From IMG/VR virus record IMGVR_UViG_3300032073_000002: DNA of 64,000 nucleotides, one strand, 5' to 3'. Both the position numbers and the translations under genes were made by a program. Shown in pieces: positions 39,301 to 48,721 of this stretch. The DNA is from an uncultured virus (IMG/VR IMGVR_UViG_3300032073_000002). Taxonomy: Duplodnaviria > Heunggongvirae > Uroviricota > Caudoviricetes. The notes below the pieces were generated by a model, which had not been told where the DNA came from, ran no database searches, and saw nothing but the letters and a program-made list of their open reading frames with translations. Every line of letters starts with the position of its first letter. Within the stretch, counting starts at the first letter, position 1.

Positions 39301-40131
39301 GAAGGATGTACCTAATACTGAGTCTAATGTATGTTTTGCTAGTGTTAAACTGAATTTTAAACGGTCTGCTCCAGCTGCATTTTCATTTGATGTACCCGCT
39401 GCATTATCTTCTAAAGAGTCGTCTGCAGCTGATGTTACTAAAGATTCAACAATATCTAAACCTACTCTGTATGAAGGAGCTCCACTATATTTTTCTAATA
39501 TAATAGTTTGTTTGTCTACCTTTGTAAAGAATCCTCTTGTGAATACAACACCTTCTGTTATCTCTGCAATAGATGCTCTACCTGTTGGTGTTTCGGAAGA
39601 AGGTTGTATTTCTAAATCATTTTCGGTAGATGTATCTGTAGTAACAGTACCACTTGAATTATATCCAACTAACTCTAATGTTTCTCCTGCTGAGAACATA
39701 AAGTCATTAGTAGAATTAGTACCTTGTTGTACTGGTCTAATAAACATTGTTAATTTATCTGCACTAGTTTCTGCAGTTGACGTTACTACTTTTGCAACAA
39801 CACCACTTGTTTGTCCTCTGACATACTTATCATGAAAGGATGTTCTATATGATTCTACTGCACTGTTGCCTAATGGATTTGGATTGGCTGCTTTTACTTT
39901 AACAAAGTAAATATCCATATCGATGTTCGTTTGAGCACCTTGGATAATAGTACCTTCTTCAAAAAAATGGTCTCCCATTCTTTCGATTTGGTTTTGTAAA
40001 ATAGATTGAGACTGTGTTAATTCCCTTGCTTGCAAAGGACGACCAGCCCTATAAAGAACTTTATGGAACTTCTTATCTTCGGAATAATCGTCGTAATAGG
40101 GTGATATATTTAAGTCTGTCTTCTCTGCCAT
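33364..40131 (-). CDS. Large virion structural protein (VrlC/DUF4815-like baseplate or fibre protein, 2255 aa)
   Basis: LNISPYYDDY..GRPLQARELTQSQSILQNQIE, LARRTFDANGDF, PGKAYVRGYEI, RYKSGFLVDNF and DPLAQSF motifs. Confidence 0.85.
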   Translation of the reverse strand: MAEKTDLNISPYYDDYSEDKKFHKVLYRAGRPLQARELTQSQSILQNQIERMGDHFFEEGTIIQGAQTNIDMDIYFVKVKAANPNPLGNSAVESYRTSFHDKYVRGQTSGVVAKVVTSTAETSADKLTMFIRPVQQGTNSTNDFMFSAGETLELVGYNSSGTVTTDTSTENDLEIQPSSETPTGRASIAEITEGVVFTRGFFTKVDKQTIILEKYSGAPSYRVGLDIVESLVTSAADDSLEDNAAGTSNENAAGADRLKFSLTLAKHTLDSVLGTSFVELSRVNAGVITLKIDKTKYAEIENTLARRTFDANGDFVVTQFTASLRQHLDDGTNLGFYTKNNGGDEGRFVFMVSPGKAYVRGYEIDKVGTTTLNIQKARTTESLTGVSAPIRLGNKLRVTNAHGLPEFGNETGSDTIDPHNPALLYDNLVADLGISDTDGALSATGNIGTCRIRNVDLHEGIDSSDVYTDTALWNLYLFDIKMFTKLTGTIANTFVAGDKVTGSSTGTSAIVHHVEGSNLFVHDVQGAFTTSDNISAEGGGSTATLTSCSAIRTYNIDRARAVAQKPNNTNREIFTADVSLSQDNVLSGTVTFVATNSTAVTGFATQFAKELKEGDQIIDQAGNVNTVASVTSETALVLTANSIAAGSGNAVRRRAKLFDQNQTANIHAFPRDFVASHTPKSVTVRRQVVKEVASNQISITTGAHETFNARNTDNFSISVREAGSGYAAGDLLNVEDLNPSVNVAGNAEVLTLTLTGNNGAFVDVTYTVTKTSGVTSRGKSLSKARVLKVSKPRSDNGFYGTAYDDKDITLGVADVHKVIGVFEGIDGTPITPNAIITTSDEFVNHEIIIGQTSGARASLINFGGGNLSYWYYTSTDGEVFLPSETVVGQTSLASGTMPTAESGGVNAGSPDIKDRYFFDNGQRDGYYDLSKLTLKPGQPKPSNPLLLVFDSFTVSGGGDFFDVNSYSSIDYKDIPVYSPNKVDLGGLEPDGTFELSDCVDFRPVVGQILGTTTFSSNVSQNVAAAVDLSNSTSGAVFAPFGYESGRSFADARTGITDTGANAVDVPVSGSSLKGDIEFYVGRIDKVFLHKKGKFEISQGTPALSPTKPTALDDSIQLFEMRIPPYTNKLSDVQIRSFDHRRYTMKDIGKINNRVTNLERITSLSLLEKDTQTKQILDADGFDRYKSGFLVDNFRGHKIGDVNHPDYNCAIDTKMGMLRPKSFTQFFGITQNVGASTNFKKTGDIITLPYSEVSYVNQDKASRSINVNPYHVFAFIGNVKLTPDTDIWQDTERLPDVRVNREGNFDAVMAENANSLGTVWNSWQTTWVGEPSAVSTEVQSTSNGSWSGDPLQGGEWVAGITVSREITETPEIQTRTGVTTTVVEDFVETRNDRVVSMSLIPFIRSRTIEIDATNLKPNSNHYFYFDNINVNKFVRPFNATYSQDGGTTVTSECKTDGNGRLRAYFELPNSAAQRFPTGQRDLRITSSFYNMANPASQGNGMYSAQGILQATQTEIVSTRNGRVIREDHSATRDFSRRGERLNSEVHADGPIFPPVNEIPVDNSIQIIDIPEPIIPDFPITIPNIIPDIRFIPPVITLPTPPPLPVAVPQIDRRDFVERTIERPLIFALNGGEMRGWGDPLAQSFLVDAQGGMDMTSIDLFFATKDTFMPCSVQIRNMVNGYPGQIVLPFSDVTKNPDDINTSADGSVATTFTFESPVHLEQDNEYCFVVYSNSNEYECFISRMGETDLTTAEVISGQPYAGSLFMSQNASTWTAEQTDDLKFNMKVAKYEIDKVGNVNFENDALPYTNLQTNPIETFADKKLKVYSYNHGFYDDTNNKDNVTIAGIVGDKKNSAVIVSSFSQIGSDTLPADGTINCTDDTHSGGTGSGIKCEVIIASGAITDVNILKVGQNYTAGDNITITNIGTSNADVSVVLGTPEDTLGGCPIAVINTLHSTLADRGIDSFRFTPSLSGYSFSSLYAFESTIGGGANATATRNYYFDAIHTMIPSVQLQGTIISANVLTTPQYSPEGIISGEAYQRRSTNKFVTLNDNVFFDTPSIVASSDNESREMSSQKSFNLQLQLMSFNPNISPMIDIQAAGCLAIANRINNIDSATGTKNNGTTKSLPVGSTFVPSTESEGDNNAMVYVTRKVNLKTPATSLKVIADMYRPPTTELKLMYKIIKNDEETLLDDVGFEYFNTDGSPDVTTEADARNFKEYEFTADNLPEFSGFVVKIVGQGTSTAIVPAVTALRCMALA

Positions 40132-40176
40132 AGTCTTTTAGCCTTTTAAAAATGTAAAGGGGATTACTCCCCGATA

Positions 40177-41646
40177 TTACATTTCAATAATTAATTTAAT
40201 GTCTTCGATTTGGTCTGCAGCTCTAGAAACAGCACCACGGTTCTCAATGTACAGGATGTTGCCTGAGTAGTGTTCCACTTCGGGATGTGAAGCATCTACT
40301 GCTGATACAGTTCCAATATTTGCACCTGCTTTGTAAACTACATCTGCAGCTGCAAAGTTGGCATAACCACCTTCACTATTTGCGACTGGTATATGAGAAA
40401 TTACTGTTCCGTTTACAGAAACAATTCTTGATACTGCAACACCAACACCGTCTGAACTTGCATCCATGATGATGTCGTCGGGAGCAAGACCACTTGCACC
40501 CGATAATGTCATTTGTGAATATGCAGTCATAGACGTTGCAGAACCAACTGCTGTAGTTCCTTTTGCAAATGGGTCTTGACATAAACCTATTCTTCTGAAA
40601 TCGTTATCTGTTGGGAAGTCTCCACCACCTTCACCGAACTCAAATCTTGAGTTGATGATAATGTAGTTTCCACCTAATTCTTCTACTGGGTCTGCACCGT
40701 GTCCAATAATTGGTGATAGGATAGGTTTAATTACACTACCACTTCCACCAAGTCCACTGATTCCTGCTGTGTCTATAGAAGCTCTTCTATAACCAGAGCC
40801 TGGAGTTGTAACTGTTACGTGAGTGATAACACCACCCGATACGTGTACTGAACAAACACCACCTGTACCATCTCCATCGATTGCAACGTTTTCGTATGTA
40901 CCATCTCCGTTTGAATGTCCACTTCCGCCTGCAGTTACTACAATATGATTAATTGAACCATCAACTGCATCGTTTTCAACGTCCCACTGTGCAGTAGTAT
41001 CGTTGGTTGCAGCTGTACCTAATCCACCGTTAGTACCATTACCAAATATTTCTGTTTGAGCACCAATTGTTTTGACTGGAATAAAGTCATTAGTTACGAA
41101 TTTGATTACATCTGAAGCTGAGATTGAATACATATATTTCCATATGTATCCTCTACCTGTTCCCACTCCAGCATCAGCAGTTTCAATAAGTGTAGTTGAA
41201 GATGTACCAACTGGTTTAACGGAAGAAGCGACGACAGCACCGTTTCCATCTCTTCCTGTTCTGATACATTTGTATACGTTATACTCTTCTGTCATCACAT
41301 AAAATCTAGAATCGTAAATATTTGAAGAACTAGTTGCCGTTGAAGTGTTTGATGCACTTACATCGTGTTGATATTCATCATAGACTACATTTTCTGTCCA
41401 GTTGTATCTAACTAGACCATGAGTTACGTCGCCAGTAGGCACTTTCTTTAGTGCAATCATATCTGACCATGCGTCTAACTCTTCACCAACTGAGTTTGCT
41501 GGTGCAGTAGGAACTGCATCGTTTGGCCATGCAAATGACCTTCCTATGAATATATAAGTTGAAGAAGCTCCTTCTGATGCTGAGAAGTCTTCTTTAAATT
41601 GTTTCGCGTTATGTGTACGAAACTTCTCTGTAATTATTGCTGCCAT
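40177..41646 (-). CDS. gp8: Baseplate wedge protein
   Basis: FYVMTEEYNVYKC, GYIWKYMYSI, GHGADPVEELG, NDFRRIGL and C-terminal QIEDIKLIIEM. Confidence 0.88.
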   Translation of the reverse strand: MAAIITEKFRTHNAKQFKEDFSASEGASSTYIFIGRSFAWPNDAVPTAPANSVGEELDAWSDMIALKKVPTGDVTHGLVRYNWTENVVYDEYQHDVSASNTSTATSSSNIYDSRFYVMTEEYNVYKCIRTGRDGNGAVVASSVKPVGTSSTTLIETADAGVGTGRGYIWKYMYSISASDVIKFVTNDFIPVKTIGAQTEIFGNGTNGGLGTAATNDTTAQWDVENDAVDGSINHIVVTAGGSGHSNGDGTYENVAIDGDGTGGVCSVHVSGGVITHVTVTTPGSGYRRASIDTAGISGLGGSGSVIKPILSPIIGHGADPVEELGGNYIIINSRFEFGEGGGDFPTDNDFRRIGLCQDPFAKGTTAVGSATSMTAYSQMTLSGASGLAPDDIIMDASSDGVGVAVSRIVSVNGTVISHIPVANSEGGYANFAAADVVYKAGANIGTVSAVDASHPEVEHYSGNILYIENRGAVSRAADQIEDIKLIIEM

Positions 41647-41676
41647 TTTTATTTCTCTCCCGAAATTATATAATAC

Positions 41677-41684
41677 TATTTATA
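41677..41684 (-). promoter_or_regulatory. T4-type late promoter TATAAATA upstream of gp8
   Basis: Exact match. Confidence 0.8.
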
Positions 41685-41687
41685 ACA

Positions 41688-44600
41688 CTAACCCGACCTA
41701 ACGTAAGCGGAATATGTTAAATTTGTTCGTTTGTTTGCAAAACTCTTCTCATATTCATCTGTATATCGATGTGGGAAGTAGTTTTCGAATTCTGATATTC
41801 TCAGTCCTTCATATTTAGGTGTTTCTAACATTACATTTCCTACACCATTCTCTAAAACTATACCATCATGTCCTTCAAAAGTTAAAGCTTTACTTGTTAT
41901 CGTAATTGCATGACTCAAAGTGATTTGAGTACTACTAACTATGGTTGCAATTGTAGGAGCGGTATCTAAATTAGTTCCTAACACCTCGTCTCCAACTTCA
42001 ATCCTTGAACTGATTGCTGAACTAAAGTTTACAGTGGTAGAATTGTTTACTGCATTTGCAGTTTCTTGTATCACTGCATCATTATTACTAGTTGAGTCAC
42101 GATGACCTTCACCTTTCATATAGTAAGATATATCATAAGTCTCTTGACTTGATAACATATTTAGTCGTCTTAATGTTGTTCCAAAACCATAATTTTGTTC
42201 TGCTCTTGCATATGATTGACTTCTTTCTGTTACAAAATATTCTTCTTCTCTAACTATGGTTGCGTCTTCTATATGCATAGCTTCATTACCTATTGATACT
42301 GGTGAACCATCTACCAAGACTTCAGTTGCAGCTTCAAATTGAACGAAGTCTCCTTCCTCTGCATTTGTATTTTGTGTATGAGTAGGTTCCATTCTCATGA
42401 AGTTATCAACTTGTTCTTGTACAATCTTATGACCAGTTTCTAATAATAGTCCTTCGTCATTAAGTGTTTGTACTGAAGTCTGTACTTTACCATCCATAGA
42501 AGTTCTTGTTGGTAATGGTATAAGATTTGGTGGTGATGATTGGTCTAAAATAGATTCTGTTCCGTTACCACCAATGCCTGAAATTTCTACATGGTCTCCA
42601 TACTGGTCTGTTGGATATAATGATAATACAGTATCAAAGGATGGAACAATTTTAGCTGCTCTTCCACCCATTCCAGCATGTAGTGTACAATAATAGTAAA
42701 GAGTAGAAGGTGTTGAACCATCTACAATTAACTGAGTCAAGTTATATAAATCAGCTGAATTATTATGATTGTAGTTTATAACACCAGTTGTATAGATAGT
42801 TCCACCACCGTGAGTTCCATCTGCAGTGGTTGAGAATTTTAATATATGTGCTTTAGGCACTGAGAAGAAGTATTGATATCCTTGTTGAACTTCTATTGTT
42901 CCAGCTCCGTCTGCAATTCCCATTACAAACTTACCATTTGAAACTGTTACAGGAACAGCAACCTTCTTCGGATTACCATCTGTTCTAGTTGTTTTTCTTT
43001 CTATTGGTTCTGCTTTAGAAACAATTCTTTGAATATTTACGTGTCTTGATTGTAATCTAGTAGATTTTTGTACTGGGTCTGTTATGACTATTGCTTCTGA
43101 ATCGTCACTACCATCACCGTCACTATCTTGGATTGCTGTAACTCTAAGTGATTCTGTATCAAAAACCCCATCTGAGGTTGGTGAACCAGCATCTTTATAG
43201 AATGTTATTGGTGCATTAACCCTAGCAGCTGGGATGAATCTTTCATCGTTAATCTTACTCTCGGGTCTCGATAATTCATGGAGAACCTTAGTGCCGTCTT
43301 CAAATAGTATGTGATGGTCTTCGTAAATCTTACCATCTACTTTACTCTCAAGAACCATATAGTCTGTAAGATATGTCTGTATAATTCTTTGTGTTTCTTT
43401 AGAAGTATGTGCAAAATTATCTCTAGAGTTTTCATTCTCTAGTAGATGTATGTTTGTTGTTGAGTATAAGTCATGGTCAATTGCAAAACCATCTTCTAAT
43501 GCTAAGTGGTCTTCTTGATTTCTATCTGAGGTTTCTAACAATACATTATCTGTAGGATGTAATTGCATGATAACCATCGGTACCATTGACACAGCATTAT
43601 CGGATGATGCATCTACTTCTGATTTGATTGCAACTTCACCAAAGAATATATGACCAGCTGGATGTAGCAAGTCTTTGACTATACTTCTCCATTTATTAAT
43701 AGACTCACCAACTCTAACTACATAAGAGTGAGATTGATATCTATAACTATCATGTATGTTGGCTGCTGTTGCATCTAACCAAGACTTGTCTCCTAGGAAT
43801 TGTTCTTGTATTACACCTTCACCACCAAACGTACCACGACCATTATAAGGGTCATCGAACATTACGGTAAATGAATCTATGTTTTCATATGCAACTCTTT
43901 CGTCCTGTAAAAAAGAACCTTTTAAATTTGTGTATTTAAGGATGTGTCTGTCTTGGTCATAATTAACTACGGTTGCAGTTGCACCCGAAATATCACCAAC
44001 AATTTTTGTTCCACTGTTTAGTGATGATGTTGGAGTTGTAATCAACATAGGGAAAATAGATGTAGGACTTACGACTGCATCTGAGGTGAATCTATTACCT
44101 TGGTCTAGAATGTTTAATTCTTGAACTGCACCGATATCAGCTGAGTATACAAATAATTTTGCTCCAGCTCCAGTTGCAACATTGTTATTCAGAATAGTTG
44201 CAGTTACTAAAGAGTCATTACCTTTAATTAATTTACCGTTACCAAATATACCTGTATGTGTACTGTTTCTTAAAACTGTGATTCTATTTAATCTTTTATC
44301 TATTTCTAAAATTGTTGCGTTTGCAGTTGTACTACCACTCTCTCTTTGTTCTAATAATTCACCTTCTACAAAACCTGTAACATCTTTAACAAAAATATGT
44401 CCGCCTGGATAACATTTAGGAAGAGTGTGATAACCAGCACCACCGTCTGTGATTAAGACTTCTCTGATTCTTCCATCGGTAGAATTATAGTTTATAACTC
44501 TGCCATCTTCATAAACTATTCTGTAGTATTCTATAACAATCTCAATTACATCACCAGCACTACATGGTTCTGTGAATACTACTCTATCATTTTTATGTGA

Positions 44601-46262
44601 ATAGTCATGAACTGTATGTGAAGTATTAGCTTTTCTTTCTATACCATTCTTAAATACTGTGATTGAGTTATCATTAAAGAAAAGACTCTTTCCATGAATG
44701 TCATCACCACTGAAAAGTGTTTGATTTGCAGTTGCAATATATTCATACTGACCAAATGTCTCATGGTTTTCTTGGATGACCTCGTCACCTACTGAACCTA
44801 GAATACCAGCTGCACCCGAACCACCAGTGGCAAAGTTATCAAAGACAACCATCTCTCCACCTTCATAATTGGTTCCACCAGTTTCAATAAATATTTTTTG
44901 AACACCACCTAAAGATAAACCACTTATCGTGGATACTGCTTCTATAGTGTCGAGATTGTCCTTTGCACCTGTAAAATTAATTCTATCAGCAAAACTGTAC
45001 ATAGAACCAGCATTACCACCTTCGAGTAGAACACCACCACCATCTTCAAATAGTAGGTCGAACTCTACAGCTTCTTGTAGTATAAATCCACCGCCAGACG
45101 CATCTTCTAATAATGTTTTATTTCCATCTTCTAATGATATCATACCATCTTCAGAATCTACACCAACATAGGTTGCAGATGCATCATGGTTTATAGAATG
45201 TACTAGACCTTGGATAGTTGCAGTCTCGGTTGTTATACCATCTCTATCAATTAAAAATACTGTACCACCTTGAGTAAAGGTACCTTTGTGATTGTCTGTA
45301 ATCTCTAATGAGTATTCGTCTTTGTTTAAATCTGTAACAAAGACTGCTTCAACAACTGATTCAGCTAGAACCTGTACTTTTGAAGAGTCTGTATATTGAA
45401 TTAATTTATCTGTGGCAAGCGGTAGACTACCAACCTTTGTCATCTTTACATTTACTCTTCTCTTCTGAGAGTAATTAGAATCGGATGCAAATATTGTTTC
45501 GTTGTAAGGGTAACGCACCTCTGCATCTTGACCATAGATAAGTCTCATTAAGAACTTTAATGATTCTTCTGTACCCTTTTGTTGATATAGGTCTTTGATG
45601 TTTTTGATTGTAAGTCTCTTGTTCATTGTGAGACCTAAATCGAAAGCTGGTGCTAAATCTGTTTGGAAGTAATTTAAAAACTCTTCCGTTGTATGGTCGA
45701 TATCAGAATAATCTAATAGTCGATTGTTTGCGAGAATTGTATTCTCTTTATAGGACTTTACTGTGGCTGTTTGCCTTCCTTCTCGTCCAGTGATAGTTTC
45801 GCCTTTTGCAAAACCAGTTCCCGATATTGTCTTAAGATATAAACATCTACCACTAGGTTTATTGTTTATAACTGTAATTTCTGCAACCGTTTTACTATTT
45901 GTTCCAACAATATACTCACCAACCTTTAAAGGTTGTGCAGTAATAACATTATCGTTTGAATCTAAAAGTGATTGTGAATCAAGAGGGTTGGAATCTGTTC
46001 TTTCATATTTTATGAATGAATTTTCTTCGTCGGGTGATGGCGAGATGGTAGCAGGTTCCAATAACATGGAGCCTGTACCATCTTCATTTAAAATACCATC
46101 TATGTCACTCTCTACATCGAGAACTAAGATTTCTGCTTCTAGATATTCAAAGTATGCATTGAGGAAAGCCTCAAACATCGGAGATTCATCTTTCAAGTAC
46201 TCGGGAAGTAATGAAGGAAGTCTCTGACTTAACTTATCTATAGTATAATCTTGGTGTGACAT
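41688..46262 (-). CDS. gp7: Baseplate wedge initiator (gp7-like) with several inserted domains
   Basis: FLNAYFEYLE, IKDLYQQKGTEESLKFLMRLIYG and IHDSYRYQSHSYVVR..WRSIVKDLLHPAGHIFFGE; lies between gp6 and gp8. Confidence 0.8.
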   Translation of the reverse strand: MSHQDYTIDKLSQRLPSLLPEYLKDESPMFEAFLNAYFEYLEAEILVLDVESDIDGILNEDGTGSMLLEPATISPSPDEENSFIKYERTDSNPLDSQSLLDSNDNVITAQPLKVGEYIVGTNSKTVAEITVINNKPSGRCLYLKTISGTGFAKGETITGREGRQTATVKSYKENTILANNRLLDYSDIDHTTEEFLNYFQTDLAPAFDLGLTMNKRLTIKNIKDLYQQKGTEESLKFLMRLIYGQDAEVRYPYNETIFASDSNYSQKRRVNVKMTKVGSLPLATDKLIQYTDSSKVQVLAESVVEAVFVTDLNKDEYSLEITDNHKGTFTQGGTVFLIDRDGITTETATIQGLVHSINHDASATYVGVDSEDGMISLEDGNKTLLEDASGGGFILQEAVEFDLLFEDGGGVLLEGGNAGSMYSFADRINFTGAKDNLDTIEAVSTISGLSLGGVQKIFIETGGTNYEGGEMVVFDNFATGGSGAAGILGSVGDEVIQENHETFGQYEYIATANQTLFSGDDIHGKSLFFNDNSITVFKNGIERKANTSHTVHDYSHKNDRVVFTEPCSAGDVIEIVIEYYRIVYEDGRVINYNSTDGRIREVLITDGGAGYHTLPKCYPGGHIFVKDVTGFVEGELLEQRESGSTTANATILEIDKRLNRITVLRNSTHTGIFGNGKLIKGNDSLVTATILNNNVATGAGAKLFVYSADIGAVQELNILDQGNRFTSDAVVSPTSIFPMLITTPTSSLNSGTKIVGDISGATATVVNYDQDRHILKYTNLKGSFLQDERVAYENIDSFTVMFDDPYNGRGTFGGEGVIQEQFLGDKSWLDATAANIHDSYRYQSHSYVVRVGESINKWRSIVKDLLHPAGHIFFGEVAIKSEVDASSDNAVSMVPMVIMQLHPTDNVLLETSDRNQEDHLALEDGFAIDHDLYSTTNIHLLENENSRDNFAHTSKETQRIIQTYLTDYMVLESKVDGKIYEDHHILFEDGTKVLHELSRPESKINDERFIPAARVNAPITFYKDAGSPTSDGVFDTESLRVTAIQDSDGDGSDDSEAIVITDPVQKSTRLQSRHVNIQRIVSKAEPIERKTTRTDGNPKKVAVPVTVSNGKFVMGIADGAGTIEVQQGYQYFFSVPKAHILKFSTTADGTHGGGTIYTTGVINYNHNNSADLYNLTQLIVDGSTPSTLYYYCTLHAGMGGRAAKIVPSFDTVLSLYPTDQYGDHVEISGIGGNGTESILDQSSPPNLIPLPTRTSMDGKVQTSVQTLNDEGLLLETGHKIVQEQVDNFMRMEPTHTQNTNAEEGDFVQFEAATEVLVDGSPVSIGNEAMHIEDATIVREEEYFVTERSQSYARAEQNYGFGTTLRRLNMLSSQETYDISYYMKGEGHRDSTSNNDAVIQETANAVNNSTTVNFSSAISSRIEVGDEVLGTNLDTAPTIATIVSSTQITLSHAITITSKALTFEGHDGIVLENGVGNVMLETPKYEGLRISEFENYFPHRYTDEYEKSFANKRTNLTYSAYVRSG

Positions 46263-46276
46263 ATATTAGTTTAACC

Positions 46277-46750
46277 TTAACTTAAAGTTGCACCAGTATT
46301 TGCAACGACATACCATTTGGTACCGTTCCATATTAACACTACTGCTTCACCAATAGTATCCAACTTAATTTGCTCTGTACTGTCAGCTGAGAAACCCCAG
46401 TTTGATACAGTAATATTAGCTTTATGAGTTGAAGCTGGTTCAGTTGAAGCAAGGATAATTTTTAACTGACCTACGTCTGTTCCGTTATCCAAAGTGAATG
46501 CAACATCACCACCAAATGAACTTCCATCAATGAACGTTGCAAAAGTTGATGCAAGGTTTGATGCTGATGCTGTCAATGTAGCAATATCATCTACTGCTAA
46601 GTGAGTTGGAATGTTTTCAAACATCTGACCAATGGTCATTTTTTTGTTTACAGGAGTTCCGCCTGGGTTGTCTACAATGTGCAATAAATCATCAGCACCG
46701 ATTTCTGAATCAGCAACTGCTGTTAAAGCTGTTATTTTCTTATCTGCCAT
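46277..46750 (-). CDS. Small virion structural protein
   Basis: MADKKITAL..DDLLHIVD..NKKMT N-terminus and GEAVVLIWNGTKWYVV C-terminus. Confidence 0.6.
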   Translation of the reverse strand: MADKKITALTAVADSEIGADDLLHIVDNPGGTPVNKKMTIGQMFENIPTHLAVDDIATLTASASNLASTFATFIDGSSFGGDVAFTLDNGTDVGQLKIILASTEPASTHKANITVSNWGFSADSTEQIKLDTIGEAVVLIWNGTKWYVVANTGATLS

Positions 46751-46848
46751 TTTTATTTCTCCTAAAATTGACTAATTTAATTAAAACCCCTTTCGAGGAA
46801 TGCTACTCTAAGCACTGAACCTACAGTCTTAGACCACTCTATGCATAA

Positions 46849-48720
46849 TTAATATGACGAGGTTGATGTTGATGAATAACCAACTCCAGCACTCGACTCA
46901 CCACTTGCAATGGTGTCTACTTCACCTGTTACCTTAACATCTAGAGGGTCAATGTCAACTAAGTTACCTAAGTTTGCGACCACATCATTACCTGCTGGGA
47001 TAACTGTGAAATCAATCGTTGAATCAGTATTACTCGTTGAAGTAATATTGATGGCATTGATTGTTATTTTCCCATTTGTATAATCCACTAAACCAGCTGT
47101 ATTATCCAAATAAACTCTGGCACCACTTGATAAGTAGTACCTTCTTAGAATACCGTTACCATCATCATCGAAATAATGAAGGTTAGTTGCATCCCCTTGA
47201 GTATAGAAACCTGTTGTTTGGGTGATACCACCACCCGCTGCATTATATCCAATGTTTGGATTATAAAATGCATTACCAAAAGAACTTGTATAACCTGTTT
47301 CTTGTCCAGTCTTTATAGTAGTTCTTTTTCTTAATCTGATATTACATGTGTTAGATAGAATTGCACTATCTGTTTCATCGATTGCCTTAACAAGATTTGA
47401 ATGTCTGAATACTGCATCAAAGTTTGCAAGGTTAGTATTATCGAATGTATTGATTGAACTTGTTACTAATGTCACCAATTCTCCGTTAGAGTATTGTGTT
47501 GCATTCTCATTGTATTTGAACACACATGTTATTAAAATTTTAACTATGTCTGCATCTATAATGGTAGGTCTTACTGTCATCATATTTAATGCATTTAGTT
47601 TTGTTTGTACTGCAGCCTTTTCTGTATCTGATAGATAGTCTGAGTTCTTAGGTTTTAGCGCAATGAACACCTTTCCATATTCAGGCGGGTCATTGTCTTC
47701 ACCACCCCATACTGCAACTGCATCTGCGTTCGGGTAATACTCACTGACCTTTGCTTTGTAGTCATTCAGTGTTACCAGTCTGTTCTGAGATGTATAGAAC
47801 TTTGTTGCTTTAAATTTGATTGAGTCTATTGATTCTTTTTCTGCACCACCTGTGGATGCAATAACTCTTGTAGTTCTTATGTCTGAGAATCCATTGATAC
47901 TTCCCACCATTGAGAATTGATTAGCTCCATCTGCATGATTTTCATCTACCACAATATAGGTTACTGAAATTGAATCACCGTCTTTAAGAGCTGCACCAAG
48001 AACACCATCACCAAAATACAATTCAACATATCCTTCTTCATTCTCTTGTGTATAATATACTTTAGAGGTTGTATTAATTGATGAAATGTTTGTTGACAAT
48101 GCATATGTGTCTGTAATACCATTTGATGTAACTGTAACACTTACCTTAGATTTGTCAACCCTTGGATTTGATAATACAAATTTTGGATTTGCAATTTGAG
48201 AATCAAAGATGTATATGTCTGTTGCATAAGTTCCTTGTACAAGGTTTACGTCCGTGTAATTGTAAGTAGTTCCATTCTGACTAGGTCTTACTGTTGATGT
48301 CACTACATAATTATAATTAGTTCCATCATATACTGTCTGAAATACTGTTCCTCTTAACAATTGCATTTCTGCAGTTGTAGGAGATGTTCCATTTGCATTA
48401 ATTACATTAGAACATGCAACATCGATTGTTGCTTCAGAAGCTGATTCAGACGCTGGAATGAATCCTAAATCCTTTGCACGAGATACTACATTCTTTCTCA
48501 TTTGTGCAGAGTCTAGGAATAATTCCGAAGCTGCTATGTTTGTATTGATTGCACCAATGTGTGATGAGTATGCAAGAAGGTCAATCAAGACCGACATATT
48601 TGACCCTTCAAAATCATAATCTTTAAATTGGTTTTGACCCTTTAAATAATTTTTTAGATTTTCTGCAATTGAATCAAAGTCTAAATCTGTGACGTTTATT
48701 TGTGAACTATTTGTTGCCAT
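46849..48720 (-). CDS. gp6: Baseplate wedge subunit
   Basis: FKDYDFEGSNMSVLIDLLAY, ELYFGDGVLG, SQNRLVTLNDY and WGGEDNDPPEYGKVFI. Confidence 0.95.
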   Translation of the reverse strand: MATNSSQINVTDLDFDSIAENLKNYLKGQNQFKDYDFEGSNMSVLIDLLAYSSHIGAINTNIAASELFLDSAQMRKNVVSRAKDLGFIPASESASEATIDVACSNVINANGTSPTTAEMQLLRGTVFQTVYDGTNYNYVVTSTVRPSQNGTTYNYTDVNLVQGTYATDIYIFDSQIANPKFVLSNPRVDKSKVSVTVTSNGITDTYALSTNISSINTTSKVYYTQENEEGYVELYFGDGVLGAALKDGDSISVTYIVVDENHADGANQFSMVGSINGFSDIRTTRVIASTGGAEKESIDSIKFKATKFYTSQNRLVTLNDYKAKVSEYYPNADAVAVWGGEDNDPPEYGKVFIALKPKNSDYLSDTEKAAVQTKLNALNMMTVRPTIIDADIVKILITCVFKYNENATQYSNGELVTLVTSSINTFDNTNLANFDAVFRHSNLVKAIDETDSAILSNTCNIRLRKRTTIKTGQETGYTSSFGNAFYNPNIGYNAAGGGITQTTGFYTQGDATNLHYFDDDGNGILRRYYLSSGARVYLDNTAGLVDYTNGKITINAINITSTSNTDSTIDFTVIPAGNDVVANLGNLVDIDPLDVKVTGEVDTIASGESSAGVGYSSTSTSSY

Positions 48721-48721
48721 C

